Below, in pieces: positions 34,840-48,600 of a stretch of 64,000 nt of DNA. The stretch is from Phoronis australis (lineage: Eukaryota; Animalia; Phoronida): assembly GCA_002633005.1 (NCBI GenBank), contig NMRA01000465.1:17941-81940 (forward strand). The letters are read 5' to 3'. Position 1 is the stretch's first letter; each line of letters starts with the position of its first letter. The notes below the pieces were generated by a model. It was not told where the DNA came from. It made no database searches and saw nothing but the letters and a program-made list of their open reading frames with translations. The position numbers were made by a program, and so were the translations under genes.

Positions 34840-37800
34840 CTAACTGCTATGTCGGATAACAATGATCTGGTTGCTGTGTGGGAGGTGCCACTTAGTGACA
34901 AAGTGTATACTGTTGAGTTTGAGCATGGCACCACTACAGGCCGCAGACAAATCAGGGTTGATGGGAAGGTGAGGCTCAACTTCAAGATGTGTTTAGCAGA
35001 TGCAGTTAGCTGACTAGTGTATACTTCCTAAAATCATATCAGTATTGTCATATATCAACCATTAATTAAAAAATCATTTTCACGTTTCTGTTTCTGGTAG
35101 GATTGACAGTGCAATAACAGTTTATTATGGTCTACTACTTGCTTTTGCATTTTGGACATGCTGAAGACAAGTTGTCTTCAGCATGTCCAAAATGCAAAAG
35201 CAAAGTTCGAATGTAGGGCACACGGACTACAATCATTTCACATTGTTTGGTGCGCAAAGTCAAAACAATAAATGCATTAGTGTGCGAGATAAATACAAAC
35301 CCAGGAGCATCAAAACAGTGGAAGATGTGAGTTGCAATAAAAGCCCCTCTTGTCTACCTGTGTCAAACGCAGTGTCAGATTCATAACCACCCTCTTATTA
35401 AGTACTAGTAAGACTTGCAGATCGTCCATGAACGTGAAGAAATTTTGTGGTTGTGTTTCTTCAAGTTGCTAATTATAAAAGTGTATTTTGAGCCTGTGGC
35501 CATGAGCATTGAAAGCTAATTGAATAAAAGTCTGTAGTTTTTGCATAAGTTTGTGCGGCCATTCTAATCTGGCAGTCACTGGATCTTCACTCAAGAATAT
35601 TTCAGTGATGAGAAACTTTCACCAGTGATTAAATTTCCACCCTCTCATACTGGACTTGGCGTTGGTATAGTAATGCTTAGAAAGCCTTCGCATTGAAAAG
35701 GACTTCTGATAATTTTAACTCACTGACTGGTTTTCTTTTTAAATTTTTATCAAATTTTAAGTCAGATTGAAACTTTTCTGTTAGTTGCATTTATTAATAA
35801 CCTTTGTAGATTTTCAAAAATTCAATTATTGTATGAAGTGATAAATATTTTACATTACTACTCGTGGCCATTCTTAAAATGCATTTTCGTTTGTCAGATG
35901 TGCAAGTTATTCAATAAGAATTCAACTGTAAGTGGGAAACCTCGATTGGCTATTTGCAGGCCATGCTTTTCGTAATTTGAAACATCTAGTTTTGTTCAAT
36001 GCATGGGTTGATTTGCAAAAATTATATTAATTTTCTGAAGAAAGATGCATTTTAGATTTTTATTTACCAACCGTCAAACTTCACCTGTTGATCAGTAAAA
36101 AGGGATTTTGATTGTTGACATTTCTGTTGTTTGAGGGTAAATCGAACAAATCATTGGAGGAACTATGACCCAGAAAGAGAGTCATTAGTTATTTTGTCTA
36201 ACACAGGCAGGCACTGGATGTCTCAATTCACTGATAAGGTTATCATTGAGACAAGCTCCACGATAGTTACATTTAACTGCATGTTTTTCAACTTTTGATG
36301 CTTTCAATGAAACTTGTTGAAAAATGTCATAAACATCACCATAAACAGCTTCTCAGACACCTACTCAAGTTTAGATCAATTAGGTCAAGAGTGTCTAACG
36401 TGGGTTCAAGACACTGAAGTCGCCATTAAATTTTATTTCCCTGAAAAACAACTTCTTCGGCAACTTCCACTGTGTTTTTTTGTTTCATGTGCAACAAATT
36501 GTGCTCTCTTATATACTTTGGGGTTGATGAAATTCTCTTGTTTACACACACATACATTAGTGACAAGTTTTCTATACAATGCCCATGACTCCAACTCAGG
36601 GCCTGACTTTGTAGTGTGCCGGGGCCCTATGCTATAGCTTACTAGTTGATCATCCAGCAGGAGTAAAAAAATCATTACACATACCGGTAGGTTGACACTT
36701 GCATGCAAACACACAGCCAGATCCAAAATAAGCAGTGCAATAGCACTCTGGTGCTATGTCTCATTTGTTCATGCCGACTTTTTGTGCCTCTGAGCATGCG
36801 CAATGTGAAAGAGATCGACTTCACTATAATTGAAATCATTTTAATATACATTCATGGCTAACTATTCAGGAGTGGATCTGTTTTAAAATCAGGTTGCTCC
36901 CTTTTATGTGGATTTTATTCAGTCACTGGATTGGTGCCCAGATACCTTTCCAAATCATACGAAAAAAAAAGACTTTTTCTAGACTTCTGTCTAAATTCCC
37001 ACTATTTTCCAGCAGTCGCTTGCAGAGGTTCCGCATTTTGAGAACCTGAGTTCTCCAGTTGAATAACAGGCATCAAATTGAGAGTTGTAGTACCATAGCA
37101 GAGACTAGGCGGCTCCAATCTATTCTGACTCGTGATTGGACGGCTCCAATCTATTCTGACTCGTGATTGGTAATACAAATGATGCCAAGTAACTTATCTA
37201 CACACTTTGGCCTGGAATAAAGGCATGAAACTGGTTCTCAAAATCCATGATCCGTGTGATTATTGTCATCTTTCCCTCCATATAGTGAATAATGTTGACT
37301 GCTCCTGCAAATTCTCAATTGCATTTCTCACTCAAATGGCTCATTATTAGTATATGAACACACGGTTTTAACTAAATGTGCTTTTTATGTGTGGCTCATC
37401 CCATTGTGTTTGCAGTATGGGATTGGTTAACTAGATGACAGGTCATAGTGAATCTTTTTGTGTCAGTGCTTTCTTTTGTGCAGGTCATATATTCCACAGA
37501 CTGGATGTTTAAGTTAGTCGGCTCAGAGACGTTTACACTGGGCAAAAAGAAAGAAAAATGCACCATCTACATCAACGCCATCAATGGCTTCGAGTACGAG
37601 TACATGATGGAGGTGAATGGGAAGAACCTGAAGAAGTTCATAGACAACAGGTCAAAAATACAGAAGACGTGGCTCATATTTGAAGGCAGTGCATCGGAGC
37701 AGACGCGTATAGTGCTAGGTAAGCATTAGATACGACTCAGTTGTCATCTAATTATGTATTGACAAGTATCTAGTAGGTATGTGAAAGTCCCGTTATTTGC

Positions 37801-39763
37801 TAATGTAGATATTTGTAGTCTGCAAGGTGGACTTTTTTTTTTTTCATTTGAAGTTTTTTATTTTGCTCTAGCATGATAATTACAAGTCGAATCAAACAAT
37901 ATACTATACATCGTTTACGAAAGATAACATTAAATCATTACTCAACAAGTACTGTATTTCCTTCAGGATGTAATTTAATAAAGTTTATGAACAATTGGAA
38001 ATTAAGATTTTTTTTAACAAACTTTTGGCTAAATATGTAATTTTTTGCTAGCATGATCAGCAAATTAATATTACAATTTTCCGACTGAATGTTTCCCAAA
38101 AAACCAAAAAACACTGCTATCTTGTCCACATGAAAATTTACATGATATGTTTGTTTTAACCAGTCAGTAAACAGGAGCCAGAAAACGGAGACAAGACGAC
38201 ATTCCCAAAACAGATGGAGAAAAGTTTCACTGTGTTCACCACAGAAAGAGCATAAATCACTTGTTTTTATTTTAATTTTATGTAAATAACTATTAGTTGG
38301 CAATATTCTGTGAATTAAGCGGTATTGAAACCAACGCAATTTTGTATCTTTTGTACAATTGAAGGGGAGTTTATTTACTTTTCTCCACCATGAATCAGAG
38401 TCACTAAAATTTACATTATTTATAACACCGTTTATATCTATCTCAGATGACCACTTGTTTTTATACTTACAAGCTGTCTGAAGTGACTGTACTAAGGTGT
38501 CATAAATATTTACCGCTTGTGATTTATTATGTAAAATTTTATACATATAATTTGGAAAATTTGGNNNNNNNNNNNNNNNNNNNNNNNNNNNNNNNNNNNN
38601 NNNNNNNNNNNNNNNNNNNNNNNNNNNNNNNNNNNNNNNNNNNNNNNNNNNNNNNNNNNNNNNNNNNNNNNNNNNNNNNNNNNNNNNNNNNNNNNNNNNN
38701 NNNNNNNNNNNNNNNNNNNNNNNNNNNNNNNNNNNNNNNNNNNNNNNNNNNNNNNNNNNNNNNNNNNNNNNNNNNNNNNNNNNNNNNNNNNNNNNNNNNN
38801 NNNNNNNNNNNNNNNNNNNNNNNNNNNNNNNNNNNNNNNNNNNNNNNNNNNNNNNNNNNNNNNNNNNNNNNNNNNNNNNNNNNNNNNNNNNNNNNNNNNN
38901 NNNNNNNNNNNNNNNNNNNNNNNNNNNNNNNNNNNNNNNNNNNNNNNNNNNNNNNNNNNNNNNNNNNNNNNNNNNNNNNNNNNNNNNNNNNNNNNNNNNN
39001 NNNNNNNNNNNNNNNNNNNNNNNNNNNNNNNNNNNNNNNNNNNNNNNNNNNNNNNNNNNNNNNNNNNNNNNNNNNNNNNNNNNNNNNNNNNNNNNNNNNN
39101 NNNNNNNNNNNNNNNNNNNNNNNNNNNNNNNNNNNNNNNNNNNNNNNNNNNNNNNNNNNNNNNNNNNNNNNNNNNNNNNNNNNNNNNNNNNNNNNNNNNN
39201 NNNNNNNNNNNNNNNNNNNNNNNNNNNNNNNNNNNNNNNNNNNNNNNNNNNNNNNNNNNNNNNNNNNNNNNNNNNNNNNNNNNNNNNNNNNNNNNNNNNN
39301 NNNNNNNNNNNNNNNNNNNNNNNNNNNNTAGTTTTTAAGAAGGAATTTGACAAGTCTCATTGGAACTTTGCTTAGAAGCATGTTGGAATTTTTACTATGT
39401 TGAAATTTGGATAACTACCATAAAACACAATATCTTCCGTTACCGGGTATGCAAAATGGACGTCTGTCACAACCTTCCTCCTGTTCAAAGTGCTTGCAGT
39501 CGACAAGGTTACCCTCTCTCTCCATATTATCTTTGTTTTATGCATAGAAATTTCAGAATTGCTTACCAGATAATTAGACGAGTGTCGAATGTGTAAGCTT
39601 GAATTTTACTTGCACATTTTAGGGTGAGTTTACTGATGATGGAACAGAGACACATTTTGAGTTGGGAAATCACGCTTGTTACATCAAAGCTATAACTACA
39701 GGCAAGAGGAAAGATGGTATTGTTCATAAACTTGTGGTTGATGGCAAGGAAATCATGGACTAA
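34840..39763 (+). CDS. FAIM: Fas apoptotic inhibitory molecule 1 (spliced). Exons: 34840-34968 (ATG 34849), 37484-37718, one short exon probably in gap 38565-39328, and 39623-39763 (stop)
   Basis: DLVAVWEVPLSDKVYTVEFEHGTTTGRRQIRVDGK / DWMFKLVGSETF...INGFEYEYMMEVNGKNLKKF...RIVL / GEFTDDGTETHFELG...GIVHKLVVDGKEIMD*. These are FAIM1 family motifs, with canonical splice sites. Confidence 0.9.
35139..35203. repeat. Perfect inverted repeat: 32-bp arms with a 1-nt spacer
   Basis: TTGCTTTTGCATTTTGGACATGCTGAAGACAA G TTGTCTTCAGCATGTCCAAAATGCAAAAGCAA. Confidence 0.95.
37860..38564 (-). mobile_element. 3' end of an L1/Tx1-type LINE (zf-RVT domain) in a FAIM intron
   Basis: Open frame KLRWFQYRLIHRILPTNSYLHKIKIK...CSFCGEHSETFLHLFWEC...AKNYIF (C-x2-C...H-x4-C); runs into the N gap. 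Confidence 0.85.
39329..39585 (+). mobile_element. Decayed L1/Tx1 RT fragment, opposite orientation to the fragment on the other side of the gap
   Basis: CGACAAGGTTACCCTCTCTCTCCATAT translates to RQGYPLSPY (RQGCPLSP RT motif); frameshifted. Confidence 0.6.
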
Positions 39764-40075
39764 GCACACTTTATGGTTCTCTAGTTTGCACATGTGTTGA
39801 ATGTGGTGTGATTATGAGCCATTCCCTTCACAATTGTTTGTGGAGGTCTGTTAACATCAATATGATGTTATAACCAGTCAATGTAGCTATGTCCCATCCT
39901 TGTACTTAGTATTCACTGGCGCCTCCTGTTGTGCACAATGTGTCATCAGTGTTATTGGAGACAATGTTTCACAGGCATTGTTGTTTTGGTATTCAAATGT
40001 GTCTATCAACTTTTGGGAAATATTACAATGGCCAGGCTGGTGTATAATTGTACCATGAGATGACTTGTCCATCTG

Positions 40076-40225
40076 GGCTGAGTTGCATAAAGCTTCAAAA
40101 GTTATCCACGGGGTAAGTTTGATTGTTGCATGACGTTAGGTGTATTGTTCAACAATAACAACATGCATGGTGATAATGCAATGTCCTTGTTGCTATATGG
40201 CGTATAACTTTTATGCAACTGAGCC
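40076..40225. mobile_element. PIF/Harbinger-like MITE (CTG 3-bp TSD)
   Basis: CTG|GGCTGAGTTGCATAAA ... TTTATGCAACTGAGCC|CTG. Confidence 0.65.
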
Positions 40226-40980
40226 CTGGTGGCCAATTTTATCACTACTGCCCCAGATTAACTCGACCCAGAACAAGTAAGACTGCTAGTCTGAAACCGA
40301 TAGTGTGGTTTAAGTAGTCATAAATCTGGAGCCTGTATAGTTTCTTAAATCTTCCAACAAAAGTGCCTTGTTTATAGTATAAGCGTGTACATGTCAACTT
40401 CCTAAGTCTTTCAACATAACTATAAGTGCTAGATAAACTATTTCAACTAGATTGTTTAGCTTGGGTAAATTCAGTGTAACCAAACCTCTCAACAAAATTT
40501 CAGAAATCAATGTTCAGTTGTTAATATTATTTTATAGCAGAATGTTCTTTTCAAACAATTCCTACATAGATTTTTTAAAATTACAAGTGACCTCCTTAAC
40601 AGGACTAGGTGTAAAAGTTACAAATTTGCAAAATGGCCTGTGCTCATCAAGCATCGTTTACTAGATTAAAATGGGCTGTGCTCATGAAGCATCGTTTACT
40701 AGATTAAAATGGGCTGTGCTCATCACTGAAGCATCGTTTAGGGCTGTGCTCATCAAGCATAGTTTACTGGATTTGTGGGAAGAAAATCTCAATTTTACAC
40801 TTTTTCATGGATCAGTTACTAAGTGGCTATACAACCTGTACCCCCAAAAAATAAGTTATGAGAGGCGATTCTTAGGCTTTGACAGAGCAATTCGTTCTTA
40901 CTTTAGACCAGAATCCACAAGTTACCTTGTCACACCCGAGTCATTTAGTGCACCCAGTATGATTTCAAACCCAGAATCCT

Positions 40981-41373
40981 GGGCCTGGAATCTAATCTTT
41001 GTACTCGAAAGGAACTCGAAATTAGTTTGGGCAATTTCTCTGCTACATTTGTGCAAACTCAAGATAAGTGGTTATTAGACTGTGATAGAATACATTATAG
41101 TTTATGCAAAGGAGTTTCTAGTTCAACTTTCTACTTGGTGACCATTTGATGCTACTAATTCGAGTAAAAACTCGAAAATTCAAGTTCAAACTCGAACTTT
41201 TAGCCTTAATGTTGGGTTCATCAACTGCAAACTAGGACTAAACAGTTATCCTCATAAGTCATTCTCGAGCATAGAATAATAGACACTTATCTCGAGTTCG
41301 AACAAAAGTAGAGTAGAAAATGCCAAACATAATTTCGAGTTCCATTTTGAGTAAAAAGATTAGAATCCGGGCC
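40981..41373. mobile_element. PIF/Harbinger-like MITE with about 50-bp imperfect TIRs
   Basis: GGGCCTGGAATCTAATCTTTGTACTCGAAAGGAACTCGAAATTA ... TAATTTCGAGTTCCATTTTGAGTAAAAAGATTAGAATCCGGGCCC; CWG flanks. Confidence 0.65.
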
Positions 41374-42696
41374 CAGCTTTCATCTACTCGGGAACAAGTG
41401 GATACCAAATCTATAATAAAGTGGTCTTAATCTGTCAAACGGTTGTTTCCAAACCGTAATCAGTGAAGTGTTCAGGGTTGATATGCCTCCTATCGACAAG
41501 CTTATCCACCAGATACTACCTCACATCACAGCCGTTCTGCCCATGTGACAAGTCAATGTTGTAGCTATCTTTGCCAACTTGCAATGGTGTCTTGGTTAAG
41601 CCATATTGGAACATCACATCAACGTGCATTGGTCTTATACCAAGGTGACCATCAGCTGGAGTCTGTTGCCACCCCTGTATGTCCGTCTGCTGATCAAGGC
41701 GAGGGCCATCAACACATACTCAGTCTAAGGCTTCGAGTGAAATTTTATTCAAATATGTTTGGGAAATAACTATTTATGATAATATGCCTGAAGAATGAAA
41801 CTCACATTTTCAACTTTTATTTAACACCAAGTCTCATTGTTACGATTAAGAGATTTGCAAGCTGGGAGGTTAAATGGTATTGCTTGATATTCAATTATAA
41901 ACCACAAAAATGTTTACAACTGGATATTTATTTATGGACTTTTTAAGAGGTTTATTTTTTCGAGAGATCCTTCAGTGGTATGATCACAAGTTACAGGTGA
42001 AAAGTCAGAATCTCTAACTTGTTTATGTACTTCATATGGGAAGTCAGTTTGACACAGTGAAACATATAAAACAGATATTTCAAATCATTCCATAATATTA
42101 TCATTGTATAATAAACAATTATATCTTTTCAACAGAGGTGTTATTTGCACAGTCATGTAACTTCTTTTCAACTTGTGATGAGAAAATAGCGTTCAATTCT
42201 CTACACGTGCGCTAGATTCTGAAGACAGCACCTTGTATTCAGATACTCTGGATTACTGGTTCCGAACAAACCGAGTCAATTATCTGATAATATTCAAGTA
42301 TTTCTTGGATTTTCTGTTGACAAGTCAATAGAATGTGTGCTGAACACACCGTCTGCTCACTCAATGCAAACACCATACCCATGCAAAATAGTCAACACCG
42401 ATGAATTGTCTTAGAATCTTTTAATGAGAGTACAACTGACAAACAGTAATGTGATACCAACCATTACTTCTTACCTTTGCTTATTAAAATTCCTAAACCT
42501 GGATTTTAATTCTACAACTGATATAGATTTCACAAAGCAAGTCTTCTTTAGCACGTTTCCATATACATCGTGCATATCAAACAGACAGCAGCACAAGATG
42601 ATATTTAAAACACTCAATTGTTGAGTCAAACAACTTGTAAGACACAATACAATAAATAACTATCGTCTCATCACTCCATTGACATCTCATCATGTC

Positions 42697-45600
42697 TTAA
42701 CGTCTCANNNNNNNNNNNNNNNNNNNNNNNNNNNNNNNNNNNNNNNNNNNNNNNNNNNNNNNNNNNNNNNNNNNNNNNNNNNNNNNNNNNNNNNNNNNNN
42801 NNNNNNNNNNNNNNNNNNNNNNNNNNNNNNNNNNNNNNNNNNNNNNNNNNNNNNNNNNNNNNNNNNNNNNNNNNNNNNNNNNNNNNNNNNNNNNNNNNNN
42901 NNNNNNNNNNNNNNNNNNNNNNNNNNNNNNNNNNNNNNNNNNNNNNNNNNNNNNNNNNNNNNNNNNNNNNNNNNNNNNNNNNNNNNNNNNNNNNNNNNNN
43001 NNNNNNNNNNNNNNNNNNNNNNNNNNNNNNNNNNNNNNNNNNNNNNNNNNNNNNNNNNNNNNNNNNNNNNNNNNNNNNNNNNNNNNNNNNNNNNNNNNNN
43101 NNNNNNNNNNNNNNNNNNNNNNNNNNNNNNNNNNNNNNNNNNNNNNNNNNNNNNNNNNNNNNNNNNNNNNNNNNNNNNNNNNNNNNNNNNNNNNNNNNNN
43201 NNNNNNNNNNNNNNNNNNNNNNNNNNNNNNNNNNNNNNNNNNNNNNNNNNNNNNNNNNNNNNNNNNNNNNNNNNNNNNNNNNNNNNNNNNNNNNNNNNNN
43301 NNNNNNNNNNNNNNNNNNNNNNNNNNNNNNNNNNNNNNNNNNNNNNNNNNNNNNNNNNNNNNNNNNNNNNNNNNNNNNNNNNNNNNNNNNNNNNNNNNNN
43401 NNNNNNNNNNNNNNNNNNNNNNNNNGCTTGGTTGCACAAACCTCATTCTTGTCCTCAATTTCCACCCCCAGGTCCTCCATCTCGCTCTCAAGTCGCTTCT
43501 TCTCAACTTTCTTGGCTGTGCGTGGCAGACGAGGCTTCTCAACTTTGCGCTTTTCTCTCGACTCGATGATGGCTATTGATCTCTTCTCGCGAATTCTAAA
43601 AATAGAACAACACGAAATACAGGTTAAAAAACGAAGGTTTCCATAATTTTCATTGGAAATAGCCAAATCAACCCTGAAAACTTCTGACATGAATTTAACG
43701 GTTATAACACCTCCACACAAGCATTCCCATGATGACTTTACCTGACACCTCCTTTCCAACAAGTGACCCCTCCTTTCCAACAAGTGACCCCTAACGCTAA
43801 AAATGCTGAATGGTCATCTTCTTCCCAGGTCCCACTTCACATTAACTTCATTCCTCATGTCTAACAAGTACACACCCGCCGGCTCCCACAGTCTCCTCCG
43901 CCGACCCTCCCACCCTTGATACCTACTTCGCTGCAGTCTTCCTAACTCCCTTCATTTTACTTTTTCCTCACTCATGTCCGACTCGTACACACCCGTCGCC
44001 TCTCTCAGACTCCTCTACTGGCACCCCCCCCCCACTGATACCTACTTTGCTGCAGTCTTCCTAACTTCCTTCATCTCTTCATCTTCGTCACTCATGTCTG
44101 ACTCGTACACACCTGTCGCTTCCCTCAGACCCTCCTCCTGCTCTAGAACCTCCAATTTCTAAAACGCAAACAAGAGAGATTTATTAAAGCAACACGATGA
44201 AAGCAAGCAAAACACAACATTTAATACACAACATATACCCAGACCACCACCAAAATTTTGCAAGTATTGATCGTTGCCCTACCCTCGCAGACTTTTTCAT
44301 GAATGCTATACAAGAGTAACGCAATGCATTGAAATCCACTCACGGCTGTACCACAAACAGCATGCAAATATTTACTGATATCATGAACATTACCATTCGG
44401 TGGCACAGTATGCATCGAACGTGTGAATGGATTTTTTTGCAAAATTTCATGAAAAATCGTCAACAAACTCTGAAAATACTGAGAAAAACGAAAAAATAAA
44501 ATTGCCACCAGGAGGCACAGCAGTTGTTCGCTGTCACATTCACAAGAATATACTAGTCAAATTTCACAAAGATCGAGCAAGGAGTTTCAGAAATACAGAG
44601 GCAAAGGTAAAAAACGTCACTAAGGGAGCCACAGCAGGTGGCCTCATCCAAAAATCGATGTCAGCCATCCTCTCGTCAGTAGAAACACATCTGTCAAATT
44701 TCATAGTTATCCTCTGAGCGGTTTGGCAGGTAGAGAAGCCCAAAACATGCACAACAACAATAACGGTATATAGGTGGTGCAGAATATATCAAATTCATCC
44801 AAAAACGAGGTTTCTTCTTAACGAAAACACACAATTTAGCTAACTTTCACGAAAATCCATCTAGGGAAACATGAAGATAACGTAAAAACAAAATAAAATT
44901 GCCACGAGGGGGCACAACAGCAGTTAGAACCATCAGAAAGTAGTTGCCATCCATTCACACGCAGGCACGCACATACACACATAGGAACACACCAACAAAT
45001 TTCTCACAGATCCTGCAAGGGATGAGCAGGATCAAGCTAAAATCTCAACAGGACTTGCAACAAGTGGAATCCAGTGAGGGTAACAGTGATATTGAAATTT
45101 GCATGCTTTTGGAGTTGTATTGCGCAATGCTATGCGACGCCGTTTTACCTAATCATGTTATTGGTAAAAAATGTGACCCCCTTTTTCTACAATTTCACGG
45201 AAAACAAAGGGGCATCAAAAGTAAACCATGAAAAAATGTAATTATGTACCTTTCTTGTTGACGGGAAAAAACGTCAGAGTTTGAGATACTCAAACTCTAG
45301 AAAAAATCTTTAAAAAATTCCATGCTGTGAATCGACAAATATATTTAAACCCGTAACAAATTCAATCCATTTCCAAAAGGATTTAAAGCATTAATATAAT
45401 AAGAACTTTTCGGCAACCTGTGTCAATTTTTGCTAGAGGTGCCTCTGCTTAGACAAGTGTAAAAGAAAAACTAATTCACTGACCTCAAAACCATTAATTA
45501 GAGGCCAACTTAAAAAATAAAATCGCTCAGTGGTAGTCGGATTAGTCGTGGTCATCTGTTGTCAACATAGGGTCACATCTGCCTAAATTTGTGACAATTC

Positions 45601-48600
45601 CTATGGCTTTCAGTGAGGCCCAGAAAGAGATGACAATAACATGCAACCACATTGTGTATACATAGGCACATCTAAATGCCCAGTTTTGTCATTACAGGCA
45701 ATAGGATTACATAAAACCAGAACAACGGTGATACGTAGTTCTCCTGGAGAAACATGGCTGACACACTCATGAACGTAGTTCCTCACTCAAACATGGCTAG
45801 CCATCTGACATTCACCAAGCACTGACTCAAAAGCCTCGTGAATTCTCACAGACATAGCTCTCATACTCTGTACCATGTTGGATGGTCAGTGAGCCGTGTT
45901 TGTGAGACAGGAGACGTGTATTTGGTGTATAGGCTGTGCTGGGCAGGTCTGCCACCATATTTGATGGTGGGTGAGCCACATCTGTGTGTCAATGAATACG
46001 GTTTACTTGCCCTGTGAGCCACCTTATTTTATGAATGAGTGACTATGTTCATGAGGAACAGCCATGTTATTTACACTGCTTGAGTTAACAATCAACCATT
46101 GTCAGGATCATCACCTGTAGATCACTGATCTTACCTGCATTATGTCTGGGTCAATATAGTCAGCTATATTACGGCCTTGCCAGATTTCTGGGATCACATC
46201 ATATTTCTCGTCAGGATTGCTCAAGTCATAGTTCTCTGTAGTAAAGATCAGTGATTCAATATTTCAGTATGAAAGCAGCGTTTATCGTAACAAGAACTTC
46301 TCATACAAACTAAAATTGATTGTTGAAGAAAATAGAGACCGGGAATAATAAGATGAAAGCATTTATCCGACACTAATTACAATGAGGCTGTGAAATATGA
46401 GCGTTACTAATTACAATGAGGCCATGAAATATACGCGTTACTAATTACAATGAGGCCATGAAATATTCGCATTGTTGAGTGGTCAGGTGCGAAGAAACTT
46501 CTTTAACTTCCATATCAAACATGCATTTGATATAGAATACCAAAATAAACACTTGTTTGATACTCAAATTTAGATGATCAACAAAATCAGTTCTCATCAC
46601 TACATAAGTAAACCCACATGCATTTGTGTGTACTACGGGAGGCAACACAGTGTAAAATCACACATAGTAAAACTGTACGCTTACTAGAAATGAGATTACT
46701 TTTTAGTAGCACATTTCGTAAAACTCACATGCAAAGAAAACTTTTAATGGGTATCTGAGATAATCATCGTAGGTAGACTTCTATCATATTTAGTGGTTTT
46801 TAGCTTCAGCGCAATCCGATGGCATGTGCATCAAGAATGTTTCACACAAAAGATTTGCTAATCTACGTAGTTATTCCATGCATCGTGAGGATGGCTCTCA
46901 ATCCAATACTTTTTTATGATGGCTACTTAATCGTATCCACACCAAAATGCACATAATAGTGCACCTATGCTTCTTTCTATTCTGGTGCGCTCTCAAGGGT
47001 TAAGTGTTGTCATATTATTTACAAGTCACCAAACCGATGATGTCCCCAGATGTTTACGAGCTGAAAACCATTCTACAACGCATTTGAAAAATTAAAGCAG
47101 AGCCATAGACGAAATACCCCGAATTATTGGCTTTGACATTAGGGAAAGCAATGCCAAAAATGTCTCTTGGTAGGTCTTAAATGACAGAAACTTTTTATTC
47201 CTGCGCGAAAAATTCAGACTACAATGAATTCCCAATTACCAGAACAGAAATAATCAGTCATCTCTCAAAACCGCTATAATTAAGTGTTGTTATATCAAGC
47301 ACTACTCAAAACTTCCAGTCAAAGCAAAAACAGCAACAGTTCCATGGATAAACTGTGGAAAGTCTTGGAACAATGGTGAGTAAGGCAACAAGGAAATTCA
47401 GTCTTGAAGAAAAATATCAAATAAGGTGATATCCGGTTAAACTAGATTGAGTTTGCTCAATTTTACCAAAGTGTAGTGCCTTATACAGATCATAGGTTTA
47501 TAAAATCGAGTGTGCTAGGCATTCCACCAGAAAAAACACAGATTTCAAAAAGTGTCATTTCTACAGAAGAATGTCCAGTGGCCTCATTTTAGAAATATTC
47601 CATAAGTCTCCGCCACAGGTACTCCTTTAGGGGAGGTATACATAGGTACACCTCCAGAGAAGGGCATACCTTCAGTCAGTAATATTTACAAATTTACTGA
47701 GCTGTTTTAATCACATTTACTTCTTAATAAGTTCTTGGGAGTTACGACAACACCCCTCCACTGATGGTAGTGCCCCTCCTCTGATGGTAGTACCCCTCCT
47801 CTGATGGTAGCACCCCTCCTCNNNNNNNNNNACTGATACCTACTTTGCTGCAGTCTTCCTAACTTCCTTCATCTCTTCATCTTCGTCACTCATGTCTGAC
47901 TCGTACACACCTGTCGCTTCCCTCAGACCCTCCTCCTGCTCCAGAACCTCCAATTTCTAAAACGCAAACAAGAGAGATTTATTAAAGCAACACGATGAAA
48001 GCAAACAGAACACAACATTTAATACACAACATATACCCACACCACCACCAAAATTTTGCAAGTATTGATCGTTGCCCTACCCTCGCAGACTTTTTCATGA
48101 ATGCTATACAAGAGTAACGCAATGCATTGAAATCCACTCACGGCTGTACCACAAACAGCATGCAAATATTTACTGATGTCATGAACATTACCATTCGGTG
48201 GCACAGAATGCATCGAACGTGTGAATGGATTTTTTTACCAAATTTCATGAAAAATCGTCAAGAAACCCTGAAAATGCGGAGACAAACGAAAAAATAAAAT
48301 TGCCACCAGGAGGCACAGCAGTTGTCCACTGTCACATTCACAAGAATATACTAGTCAAATTTCACAAAGATCCAGCAAGGAGGCAAAAAATGTTACTAGG
48401 GGAGCCACAGCAGGTGGCCTCATCCAAAAATCAATGTCAGTCATCCTCTCGTCAGTAGAAACACATCTGTCAAATTTCATAGTTATCCTCAACAATAACG
48501 GTCAATAGGCGGTGCAGAATATATCAAATTCATCCAAAAACAAGGTTTCTTCTTAACGAAAACATACAATTTAGCTAACTTTCATGAAAATCCATCTAGG

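Noticed and set aside
37110-37170. 31-bp direct duplication; also ~34-bp triplications at about 40635-40770, 46370-46465 and 49680-49772
   Set aside because: Ordinary short tandem duplications without spacers or coding potential.
38447-39381. Long ORFs of 280-471 aa in the ORF track
   Set aside because: They consist mostly of X from the N gap; only the zf-RVT part (37938-38564) is real and it is LINE-derived.
42671-43783. Long ORFs of 244-370 aa across the second large gap
   Set aside because: N-gap artefacts; only NOG1 exon 43442-43595 and the probable RR* end are supported.
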